Assembly: GCF_000015585.1 (NCBI RefSeq)
Contig: NC_008789.1
Coordinates: 180,001 to 212,000, forward strand
Direction: 5' to 3'
From: Halorhodospira halophila SL1
Lineage (GTDB): Bacteria > Pseudomonadota > Gammaproteobacteria > Nitrococcales > Halorhodospiraceae
DNA length: 32,000 bases
Shown here: in pieces, positions 8,287 through 16,184 of the stretch
Layout of the letters: each line of letters begins with the position of its first letter
Numbering within the stretch: position 1 is the first letter of the stretch
Made by a program: the position numbers and the translations under genes
Notes under the pieces: generated by a model
Seen by the model: the letters and a program-made list of their open reading frames with translations, nothing else
What the model was told of the DNA's origin: nothing
The model's database searches: none

Positions 8287-9783
8287 TCAGGGGAAGGCGA
8301 TCGCCGCCTCCAGATCGGCACGCGCCACCCGGTGGCGCAGTGCGAGCAGGCGCCGAGCCACCTGCTCGCGATCGAGCTGACCGTCGCGCTCGCTGGCTTG
8401 CAGTGCCAGCGCCAGTTCCCGCCAAACCGCCAGCGTTGATTCCGGATCCCACTCGTCCAACCCCCGGCGTTCGATCTCCGCCGCCAGCAGCTCAAGGCGC
8501 GCCCGGGCCAGCTCGGGATAGCCGGCATCCAGGCAGAGGCGCGCCCGAACCAGCTCCTGGGCGCAGCGCTCGCGACCGCTGCGCTGCGGCGTGGCATCGA
8601 TTTGCCGCAGCGCGGCTGCCAGTCCTTCGCTGCGCATCAACGCCAGCGCCTCACCGAGTTGCACCGGGGTCTCACCCTCCTCCCGCCATGGCGATTCGTC
8701 ACCCGTTCCCACGCGATCGGCCACCCAGGCGACCTGTCCCGGGGGGACCAATGGGCTGCCATCACTGAAGCGCAGATCCGGCAACGCCGGGTGGCGCTGT
8801 AGCAACTCCGCCGCTGCCGCACGGATGTACGCAGCGATATCGTCTCGCCCCATCGCCGTCGCCGACCGTTCAGCGACGGCCTGGATCTCCAGCTGGAGGT
8901 GCCCGCCCGGCTCCAGGAAGGCCGATTCGGCGGCCAGGTAGGCCGCTTCCCAGGCGCCTTCATCGACGTGCCTTCGTATCGCGGTCAGCGCCACCTGGCG
9001 CGGTGGCTCGATGCGCAGCCGACCATCGTCGGCGCTCAGCGGTCCAAGCCGCCCCCAGCGCCAGGCGCGAGCCAGCGCGGTCATCGCCAGCCACTCGCCC
9101 TCGCTGCGCAGGAAATCCAGCGCCTCGCGCAGCCGCCGTCCCAGCTCCTGGCCACTTCGCGGCGGACCCGGCGAACGGTCATCCTCCCGCGCGCCGGGCT
9201 GCGTAGGCGCAGTCCGCTCGGTGGCCACGGCAACGGCGGTCTGCCGTTCCTGCACCCAGTTGCGCAGCGGCCGCAGCCCCGGCGGGTCCGACCACAACCG
9301 CTCCAGCTCCGCGCCCAGCCGGTCGAGCTCCGCTTCCAGGGCGCGCAGCTGCTCGGGATCATCGCGGCCGGCCGCCCGATCGAGCAGGGCCAGCATGCGC
9401 CTCTCCGACAGCCACTCGATGGCCGCCCGCCGGCCACCGTCCCGCTGCGGATGGATCCGCTCGCCGAACGCGGCCAGAGCGCCGTGCAGTGCCGCCAGCG
9501 CCGCGCGAAACCCCTCGAGTCCACGCTCCTGGAGCTCGGCCAGGCACAGGTAACCAAGCACGCGGAGATCCTTGGCCTCCTGCTCCAGCAGGACCGCCGC
9601 GTCCTCGGCGACCTGGGCGAAATCCGCCCCGCCCAGCCGCTGGACCGCCTCGCGCAGGCGAGCGAACCGCTCACCGTGGCGTGGATCGGCGCCTACGTCC
9701 GCATCCCCGTCCAGGGCGGCAAGGACACGCCCCGGCAGCCCCAGCGGGTGGTCCGTCGCATCGGGATGGCACTCCTCGGTCAC
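8287..9783 (-). CDS. tssA: T6SS protein TssA (ImpA N-terminal domain family), 498 aa
   Basis: ImpA_N-like region ...ADPRHGERFARLREAVQRL...AEDAAVLLEQEAKDLRVLGYLCLAELQERGLEGFRAALAALHGAL.... It lies between tssM and tssB. Start chosen at GTG 9783, preceded by AGGAGGAGG and forming a GTGA overlap with the tssM stop. Confidence 0.85.
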   Translation of the reverse strand: MTEECHPDATDHPLGLPGRVLAALDGDADVGADPRHGERFARLREAVQRLGGADFAQVAEDAAVLLEQEAKDLRVLGYLCLAELQERGLEGFRAALAALHGALAAFGERIHPQRDGGRRAAIEWLSERRMLALLDRAAGRDDPEQLRALEAELDRLGAELERLWSDPPGLRPLRNWVQERQTAVAVATERTAPTQPGAREDDRSPGPPRSGQELGRRLREALDFLRSEGEWLAMTALARAWRWGRLGPLSADDGRLRIEPPRQVALTAIRRHVDEGAWEAAYLAAESAFLEPGGHLQLEIQAVAERSATAMGRDDIAAYIRAAAAELLQRHPALPDLRFSDGSPLVPPGQVAWVADRVGTGDESPWREEGETPVQLGEALALMRSEGLAAALRQIDATPQRSGRERCAQELVRARLCLDAGYPELARARLELLAAEIERRGLDEWDPESTLAVWRELALALQASERDGQLDREQVARRLLALRHRVARADLEAAIAFP

Positions 9784-12700
9784 GCCTCCTCCTGGGTCAA
9801 ACGGGTCGGCAGACGGAAGCGGGACAGATCCCCCCACTGCAGCAGTGGGGTGCTCTGTTCGGTGCGCAGGAGGAACTCCACCGGCTGATGCGACGCCTCC
9901 TGCGCTTCATGCAACGACCAGCGCACGCGGACCGCACTGGAACGGACCTGTTCGCGCTCCTCGGCACGGCTGAGCAGCCGGAACAGCGCCCAGGGGCCCT
10001 CCGCCTCGACCCGCCCCATCGCGCCGTTGTGGGCAGAGACAGCGGCGATTCGGCCGGGCTCGGGGGACCCTTGGGGCCAGCGTAGGCTCGCAGAGACCGG
10101 CGGGCCGTTGCGGTAGCGCAGCGCCTCGCCGTCGGACTCCCAGCGCATGTCGACCCAGTCGGCGCTGGCGACCGGCGACACCCGATAGCGCAGTTGCAGC
10201 TGCCCCGAGTCCTCGAACAGCCCGTCGCGAATTCGGGCCGCCACGCCCAGGGCCCCCACCACCTCGGCGGTGATGCCCACCCCACCGCCCCGCCAGCGCC
10301 GCTCACCGCCCTGGCCGTCGCTGCCGCTCAGGAACGGACTAAGCTGTTCGGTCTTGAATTGCCACAACACCCCGTACTCGGGTGCAAAGAAGGCCTCGAA
10401 GTCCCCCAGGGCGGCGTCCGCACCGTCGGCATCCAGCGGAAACCGCCCGGCCAGGTAGCGACGAAACGGCTCCACCACCTCGGCCTGCCAGCGCCCCTCG
10501 AGCTCCTCGGCGGCCTCGGCCCGCAACCGCGCCCAGGCGGCATCCATACCGCCGAGGAGCACCGGTTCCAGCGCGCTGCGTACGGCGCTGGAGGTCGGGC
10601 CCAACGCTTGCCGGACTGTGGTCCGGTACGCGCGCAGCGAACAGCCACTCCCCTCGCCCGCCAGGGCGAGCGCGACCCGCTCCATGGCCTTGCGCCCCGG
10701 GTCGGCGGCGGACGCCTGCTGGCCGATCTGCTCCGCCACCCGGGAGAGGGCCGCCTCGACCTCGGGCAGCGGTCCCGCGTCGCCTTCTTCTTCTCCCGAC
10801 CCCAGCAGGGCGAAGAGCTCCCGTCCCCTCGGATCGTGTCGGTACCGACCGAGATCCTGGCCCAGCTGCTGCCCCAGGGCCGCCACCGGAACGTCGCCGG
10901 CGTGTGCCGCCAGTTGGGCGTGTACCCCCTCGAGCAGCGCCGCCAGGGCACCGGCATCCGCGGCCTCTTCCAGCTGTGCGGCCTGTTCGCGCCCGCCGCC
11001 CACCGATTGCCAGCGCACCCCTTCCAACCAATCCAGCCAGTGGTCCACGAAGGCGCGCAGGTAACGCGCCTCGACGTCCTTGGCCAAGGCCGAGGACCGC
11101 TGGTCCCCGAGCACGTCCCGCCGGCTGCGGCCGAGGACGGGATCCGGGTGCCGCAGGCCCTCCAGGGTTCGCTCCAGCGCCGGCCGGAGACGGGTCTCCC
11201 AGGCGGCACCCCGGAACGCCCCGGATACCGGCCGCTGGCTCGACCAGATGCGCGAGGCACCGCCCGGGGCGATCGCCTCGAGGGTTAACGGCGCCAAGTC
11301 CAGCTCGGCCTCGGCGAGCAGCCGCTCCAGGATCGGCTCCGGCCGGGCGGGGGTTCGCAGCTGCTCCCGGGCCCGTTCAACCAGACGACGCCCGGGTGAC
11401 CCGTCGAGTCGTTCCCCCACGGAGCGCCGTTGCTGCGGGTCCGACAGCGCGCGGGACAGGCCGCGGACCAACGGGCTCTCCGCCTCCGGTGTACCCAGAC
11501 CCTGCTCAGCGGCGACGAGCCGGGCCAGCAGGACGGCCACCCGATCATCGTCGACCGGCACATCCTCACCGGTGAGCCGGAGCCAAGCCCCCAGGGCCTC
11601 CCGATACGCCTCTCGGCGGGCCTGGCGCTCCGGCGGTTCGAGTCCCGGCCACTCGTCGGCGAATACCTCGAGCCGCTGCTGCACGGCCCGCCCCGCATCC
11701 GGCAACAGGGCCTGGCCGGCGAGTTCAATCAGAAGCCCCCGCAGCTGCGCGTACAGCTCGCCGACCCGCCGGCCGCCCGGGTCCAGCGCGAACGCCGCCA
11801 TGCCGCCGGTTTCAGAGCGCTGTCGGAGCCCATCCTTCAGCCCCTGGACCCGCTCGACCGCTTCCAGCTTGGCGCCGACCTCCGGATCCTCGGTGCCCAC
11901 CGCATAGGCCACGGCGGCGGCCCCCTCGGCCACCGCCGTGGCCTGGGCGAGACGGCTCTGGTACTGCTCGGCGGTACCGTGCCCGAGCACGCCAGCGACA
12001 CCGAGGAGCCCGGCGACCAGCGCGACCCGGGCCAGCCGCCGAACCGCCAGCCGCCGGGCGGAGAGGCGCAGCCCCCGTGCCAGCGGGACGACAGCCTGGG
12101 TGAAGAGCCCCGGTGTCAGGCTCGGTCGTCCGGGTGCATGGCCAGTCAGGTACACCGCTTGCAGGGACGGCGAGCGCCGATAAGGGTCATGGCGCAACAG
12201 CAGGCGCAGCAGCTCCGCCAAAGGGCCGGTCACCGAACGCAGATCGGCGGCAAAGGCGAACGGACCAACCGCATCGGTCTCCCCGGCCCAAGCCGCCATC
12301 AGGCCCAGGCGCGCCTCATCGGCCTGCGCCTGCAGCCGCTGCGCCGCCAGGCCGGGGTCAGCGGCCGACTCCACCGCTGCCCCCCAGGGCCCGCACCACG
12401 AACCGCCCCCGGCTGCCGCCACGAACGCCTCGTAGCCGGGGAGACAGTCCACTCCAGTCACGATCAGGAGCACCGGCGGCCGCACCCCGAGATCGGTCTC
12501 GAGCTCCGCGAGGCGCGTCCGCAGGGCCCGCGCCCATCGCCTCAGTCCCGATGCATCCAGTTCGGCCAGCTCGCCGGCGTCGATGGTGACCAGCACCCCA
12601 TCGACGGGGCGACGCCGGCGAACACGCCGGAGCAGACCGAGGAGTTGATACCAGCCGGTCTCCGCGGGGGGATCGGTGGTGTAGCGCCCAGCTGTATCGA

Positions 12701-13223
12701 GGAAAACGGCCCGATCGGAAAGCCACCAGTCGCAATGGCGGGTGCCGCCGTCACCGCGTGCAGCCAGCCACTCATCATCGTCGTCGGGGAAGTGAAGACC
12801 GCTGCAGCGGATCAGGCGGCTCTTACCCGACCGGGCGGGCCCGATGACCAAGTACCAAGGCACACGGTATCGCCCACCAGTCCCCGGCACCGTTGGCCCC
12901 GAGGGGCGGTCCAGCCGACGCAGGGGGCGATCCATGGCCGCGGCCAGGGCCTCGGCCTCGTCCCCAGATATTTGCTGCCGATCCAGCCGTCGGGCGCGCC
13001 GCAGCGCAACAGCCCCGACCGCCAGACCAGCCACCCCGAACAGGGTCAGGACGCCTGCCAGACGCCACCCGGCCGGATCGACGCCAAACAACGGCAGGCC
13101 GAACCAGACAGCCACTGCGGCGAGCAGGACGGCCACCAGCAGCCACACAAACGGTCGCCGCAGGAAGGCGGGCATCCGCAGCCACCCGACCGCCCCCTGA
13201 CTGATGGACGCCTGCCCTCTCAT
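9780..13223 (-). CDS. tssM: T6SS membrane complex subunit TssM (IcmF family), 1147 aa
   Basis: N-terminal TM helices are followed by a Walker A motif, GPARSGKS, and a long IcmF-like body. Start at ATG 13223 (MRGQASISQ...) with GGAGG upstream and an ATGA overlap with the tssL stop. The track start at 13445 lies inside tssL. Confidence 0.92.
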   Translation of the reverse strand: MRGQASISQGAVGWLRMPAFLRRPFVWLLVAVLLAAVAVWFGLPLFGVDPAGWRLAGVLTLFGVAGLAVGAVALRRARRLDRQQISGDEAEALAAAMDRPLRRLDRPSGPTVPGTGGRYRVPWYLVIGPARSGKSRLIRCSGLHFPDDDDEWLAARGDGGTRHCDWWLSDRAVFLDTAGRYTTDPPAETGWYQLLGLLRRVRRRRPVDGVLVTIDAGELAELDASGLRRWARALRTRLAELETDLGVRPPVLLIVTGVDCLPGYEAFVAAAGGGSWCGPWGAAVESAADPGLAAQRLQAQADEARLGLMAAWAGETDAVGPFAFAADLRSVTGPLAELLRLLLRHDPYRRSPSLQAVYLTGHAPGRPSLTPGLFTQAVVPLARGLRLSARRLAVRRLARVALVAGLLGVAGVLGHGTAEQYQSRLAQATAVAEGAAAVAYAVGTEDPEVGAKLEAVERVQGLKDGLRQRSETGGMAAFALDPGGRRVGELYAQLRGLLIELAGQALLPDAGRAVQQRLEVFADEWPGLEPPERQARREAYREALGAWLRLTGEDVPVDDDRVAVLLARLVAAEQGLGTPEAESPLVRGLSRALSDPQQRRSVGERLDGSPGRRLVERAREQLRTPARPEPILERLLAEAELDLAPLTLEAIAPGGASRIWSSQRPVSGAFRGAAWETRLRPALERTLEGLRHPDPVLGRSRRDVLGDQRSSALAKDVEARYLRAFVDHWLDWLEGVRWQSVGGGREQAAQLEEAADAGALAALLEGVHAQLAAHAGDVPVAALGQQLGQDLGRYRHDPRGRELFALLGSGEEEGDAGPLPEVEAALSRVAEQIGQQASAADPGRKAMERVALALAGEGSGCSLRAYRTTVRQALGPTSSAVRSALEPVLLGGMDAAWARLRAEAAEELEGRWQAEVVEPFRRYLAGRFPLDADGADAALGDFEAFFAPEYGVLWQFKTEQLSPFLSGSDGQGGERRWRGGGVGITAEVVGALGVAARIRDGLFEDSGQLQLRYRVSPVASADWVDMRWESDGEALRYRNGPPVSASLRWPQGSPEPGRIAAVSAHNGAMGRVEAEGPWALFRLLSRAEEREQVRSSAVRVRWSLHEAQEASHQPVEFLLRTEQSTPLLQWGDLSRFRLPTRLTQEEA

Positions 13224-13933
13224 GGCGTGCCCCTCCGCAACACCTCCCGGGCAGCCTCGATCTCTTCGGCGGCAGCCTCGGCGGCCCGCTCCACCTGCAC
13301 CCCGGTGTGGAGATAGGCCAGCGCCGCGAGAGCAAGCACCGCCACCGCCGACCAGAACCAGCCCACATGCTGACCGGCACCCCGATCCGTGCCCGCCGAC
13401 GCCGGGGGCGGCGGGGGTGCCGCGGGCGTCCGGTCGGCCAGCCACTCGCCGAGCCGATGGCGATGCGCATCAAGCAGCGCCTGATCCTCCAGAGCGTGGA
13501 CTCCCTGGAAGCCGAGCCACAGGCAGGCCAGGTACAGCTCAAGGACCGCCGCCGGCGGGGCTTGCTCGCGAGGGCCCTCCAGCCTCTGGAAGAAACGCTG
13601 ACCCGACGCGCGTTCGCCGAGGCGCTCGACCTGGAGCGGTTGCGCCAGCCACGCCGCCCGCTCCGGATGCGCCGAGGCGATCACCGCCTCGTCCAGGAAC
13701 GCCACCACCGCCCGCTCGGCATCGGCCAGGGCGGCATCGCCCAGGCCGGCGGCGAGGCCCCGTTCCCGCAACCGCTCCAGCGTCTGCCGCGCCCGCTCAC
13801 GCAGCCCATCTCCCTGCGCTGCAGCGATTCGGCCGTCACGCAGTGACGCTGCTTCGCGCAACAGCGGCTCCGCCACCTCCAGCAGCGACCCCGTCGACGT
13901 CGGCGGCGACGCAGCCTGCTCCGCCGCGATCAT
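13220..13933 (-). CDS. tssL: T6SS membrane complex subunit TssL (DotU/IcmH family), 237 aa, no C-terminal peptidoglycan-binding extension
   Basis: The DotU signature VLELYLACLWLGFQGVH is followed by a single TM helix (WFWSAVAVLALAALAYL) and a tail of only about 30 aa. Start at ATG 13933 with GAGGAGGAG upstream and an ATGA overlap with the tssK stop. Confidence 0.88.
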   Translation of the reverse strand: MIAAEQAASPPTSTGSLLEVAEPLLREAASLRDGRIAAAQGDGLRERARQTLERLRERGLAAGLGDAALADAERAVVAFLDEAVIASAHPERAAWLAQPLQVERLGERASGQRFFQRLEGPREQAPPAAVLELYLACLWLGFQGVHALEDQALLDAHRHRLGEWLADRTPAAPPPPPASAGTDRGAGQHVGWFWSAVAVLALAALAYLHTGVQVERAAEAAAEEIEAAREVLRRGTP

Positions 13934-15282
13934 GGGTTCTCCTCCTCGCGCAGCGCCACCATCTCCATCCGCAGGTGGGCCAGTTCGGCCGGTCGGTACA
14001 CGGCCAGTCCCCCCGCACGCTGGGCCTGCTCCCAATGCTCCCCGGCCGGCTCCAACCGGAAGTACTCGTAGCCGCTCTTGACCGGCAGTTGCCCGGGCGG
14101 CCTGGGGGCATGGACCAGGCGCACACCGGCCACCCCGGCGGCGACCAGACGCTCGAGGGCCTCCCGCGGGCCGACGCGCAGATCCATGGGCAGGCGCGCG
14201 ATCCAGTCGCCAGCCGGGTCGGCCGCGCCGTGCACGGCCAGGAAGAAGGTCCACCCCTCCATCAGCGGCTGCTCCGCACCCTCGGTCACCAGCACGGCCT
14301 CGGACTCGCAAACCAGGCGGACACCGCGGGTCTGGCGAGGCATGGCCTGATCCAGCAGGCGCTCCAGCCCCTCCTCCAGCGCGGTAAACACGGCAGCCGG
14401 ACGGTCGTGATCGTAGACCGGTACCGTCTCGGCCGGCGAGGTCACCTCGGAGAGCGCCGACAGCGCTGCCACCAGGCGGGCGAGGATGTCGTAAAGCTGC
14501 CCGGGGTGACTGGCGGGGTTGGCGACCAACGAGCGCAGGGCGCAGGCCGCCGGCTCCAGGCTCTGGCGCAGCAACAGCCGCGCCACCTCGCCCGGTTCGA
14601 AGGCGCTGACCCGCCCGGTGGCCCCCTGTTCTTCGCGCAGACGGGCACAGCGGTTCTCTACGCGGGCTGTGATGCGCCCGAGCAGCGTCTGCCATCCAGT
14701 GGAAGCATCCAGCCGGCAGGCGACGGGCAAAAACGCCGGATCGAGACGAAACCCACCTGCATCGCCTGGCACCACACGCGCCACGGGCAGTCCGACCCGG
14801 GCACCCGATGGCGGCTGCGTCCCCAGCGCCAGCTCCGGGTCGGCAAGCAGGACTTCACGCTCGCGCTGCTCGTCGTGTTGATCGGCGAGCTGCACGAAAC
14901 GCGGCCGCCAGGCTGCGCTGCTCCCCCCATCGGCGTAGCCGGGCAGATCACGGACGCGATTGTTGCGCGGCAGCGTCAGGTAGACGACGCCTTCCTGCCC
15001 CGATGAGCCGGTCAGATCCAGCTCCAGGGGATCACCGTGGCCATGGGCGACCAAACGCCCGTCCGGCAGCAGCGCCTGGCAGGCCTGAAGCCGGAGCACG
15101 CCCTGTTCCAGGGGGGCCTCTTCGACCACAAGGCCCAGCAGGCCGTAGGCGTGAGGGGTAACCGCACTGAGGCGACGCGCCTGGGCCGCCTCGAGATAGC
15201 GCTCCCAGCACTGGAAGTGCTGCTGCCCCAGCAATACGCCTTCCGCCCAGACCGGTCGTTGGAGCAATGCCGTGACGTCCAT
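13930..15282 (-). CDS. tssK: T6SS baseplate subunit TssK (ImpJ/VasE), 450 aa
   Basis: The N-terminus MDVTALLQRPVWAEGVLLGQQHFQCWERY matches the conserved TssK start (P.W.EG..L.PQHFQQ). The ATG at 15282 lies 1 nt after the tssJ stop. Confidence 0.9.
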   Translation of the reverse strand: MDVTALLQRPVWAEGVLLGQQHFQCWERYLEAAQARRLSAVTPHAYGLLGLVVEEAPLEQGVLRLQACQALLPDGRLVAHGHGDPLELDLTGSSGQEGVVYLTLPRNNRVRDLPGYADGGSSAAWRPRFVQLADQHDEQREREVLLADPELALGTQPPSGARVGLPVARVVPGDAGGFRLDPAFLPVACRLDASTGWQTLLGRITARVENRCARLREEQGATGRVSAFEPGEVARLLLRQSLEPAACALRSLVANPASHPGQLYDILARLVAALSALSEVTSPAETVPVYDHDRPAAVFTALEEGLERLLDQAMPRQTRGVRLVCESEAVLVTEGAEQPLMEGWTFFLAVHGAADPAGDWIARLPMDLRVGPREALERLVAAGVAGVRLVHAPRPPGQLPVKSGYEYFRLEPAGEHWEQAQRAGGLAVYRPAELAHLRMEMVALREEENP

Positions 15283-15283
15283 G

Positions 15284-15907
15284 TCAAAGCCCTGCCGAAC
15301 GCTGCCCGGCGACATCCTCCCGCTGCCAGGCGGCGCGCCTGCGCTCGGCCTCGCTGCCCGCCCACAGCGCACCCCCATCCAGCGCCAGGGTGATCCTCTG
15401 GCCGGGGCGCATCCCCAGGAAGGATTCCGGCAAAGGCTCCAGGAGACGCCAGCGCTCGGCCTGCTCATCGAGGTAGAAGACGGCCACTGCCAGATAACCG
15501 GCCGGGTCGGCCATCTCCAGCTCGACTTCCTTGCGCTCGCCGGGTTGCAGGACCAGCTCGCGCCGCTGCTCCCAGCCGCCCAGCGCGGCGCGGTCATCCC
15601 GGGTCAGTGCCGCGCGGTCCGCGTCTTCGAAGGGCGTGCGGTCGTCGAGCTGATAGACTCGCAGGAGGACCGAGAGCGGTTCCCCCTGCGGTCCAGGGTT
15701 GAGCTGAGGCCCGGCGGTCATGTCGAGTTCGACCCGGGGCGTACACCCTGCTGCCGCCCAGGCACACAGGAGCAGTGCCACACCCCAGCCAAGGGGGCGA
15801 GCCGTAACGGAGGGTATCAGCGAACGTCGTGCGGGGGCGGAGCCGGCGCACGGGGAGCGCCCGGGGCGGCGATCACCCCGAACCGCCTTCCTGCGGTCCA
15901 CATCCAT
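15284..15907 (-). CDS. tssJ: T6SS outer-membrane lipoprotein TssJ (SciN/VasD family), 207 aa
   Basis: A lipobox-like WAAAGC (Cys55) is followed by LNPGPQGEPLSVLLRVYQLDDRTPFEDADRAAL, the conserved TssJ core. First gene of the operon, with GAGGG upstream of ATG 15907. The Arg-rich stretch before the hydrophobic region is unusually long. Confidence 0.8.
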   Translation of the reverse strand: MDVDRRKAVRGDRRPGRSPCAGSAPARRSLIPSVTARPLGWGVALLLCAWAAAGCTPRVELDMTAGPQLNPGPQGEPLSVLLRVYQLDDRTPFEDADRAALTRDDRAALGGWEQRRELVLQPGERKEVELEMADPAGYLAVAVFYLDEQAERWRLLEPLPESFLGMRPGQRITLALDGGALWAGSEAERRRAAWQREDVAGQRSAGL

Positions 15908-16069
15908 GGTTGTGCCCTCGTCCTTGAGGTCCTTAAGCAGCCTGTTGGGGGGCTGCCCGTATCCGTGCCTCGTCCCTGAGGCGACGTCTCGTTCTACTCA
16001 GCCAGATTTGCTGCCGCCACGCAACCCATGCGCCCGGTGCAGAAGCCACAGACCCGGGACCCACGGTGT

Positions 16070-16085
16070 GGCGCATTGGCGCATT
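16070..16085. repeat. Tandem 8-nt direct repeat GGCGCATT x2 in the tssJ/MCP divergent control region
   Basis: Read directly: GGCGCATT at 16070-16077 and again at 16078-16085. Confidence 0.6.
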
Positions 16086-16102
16086 GCCCACCACTACCCT
16101 GA

Positions 16103-16117
16103 TGGCACCCGCCACGC
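16103..16117 (+). promoter_or_regulatory. Candidate sigma-54 (-24/-12) promoter facing the MCP gene
   Basis: TGGCAC-CCGCC-ACGC. GG is at 16104-16105 and GC at 16116-16117, which is the canonical spacing. The -24 hexamer is perfect, but the -12 element is ACGC instead of TTGC. It lies about 68 nt upstream of the MCP ATG. No enhancer-binding protein gene is seen nearby. Confidence 0.25.
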
Positions 16118-16184
16118 GTGATAAGGTCCGAGCCGGTCACTTCTCCACAGGGAGTGTCCACGGCAACCGGGGAGGATCCGCCTA

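Noticed and set aside
11430-15006. Long plus-strand ORFs 11430-13316 (628 aa) and 13204-15006 (600 aa)
   Set aside because: They are antisense to tssM, tssL and tssK, whose products carry diagnostic motifs (Walker A, DotU signature, TssK N-terminus). The composition is dominated by R, P, G, A and Q, which marks them as shadow ORFs.
2526-15597. Longer N-terminal extensions offered by the ORF track for vgrG1 (2618), tssG (3574), tssE (5707), tssB (8277), tssA (9837), tssM (13445), tssL (14695) and tssK (15597). The same applies outside this span to 20309, 24502, 25133, 27785 and 29559.
   Set aside because: Each extension runs deep into the upstream gene, is Arg/Gly-rich, and lacks a ribosome-binding site. 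Internal ATG or GTG codons with good Shine-Dalgarno sequences coincide with where the conserved protein family N-termini begin. Several track starts are GTG or TTG rendered as M.
15952-15970. Sigma-54-like sequence on the minus strand upstream of tssJ (AGGCACG-GATAC-GGGCA)
   Set aside because: The GG-to-GC spacing is one nucleotide longer than the canonical TGGCAC-N5-TTGC arrangement, and sigma-54 tolerates spacing changes poorly. The -12 box is also poor.
16116-16124. FliA (sigma-28)-like -10 element GCGTGATAA upstream of the MCP gene
   Set aside because: It carries an extra base relative to GCCGATAA, and there is no TAAA -35 element at the required spacing of about 15 nt.
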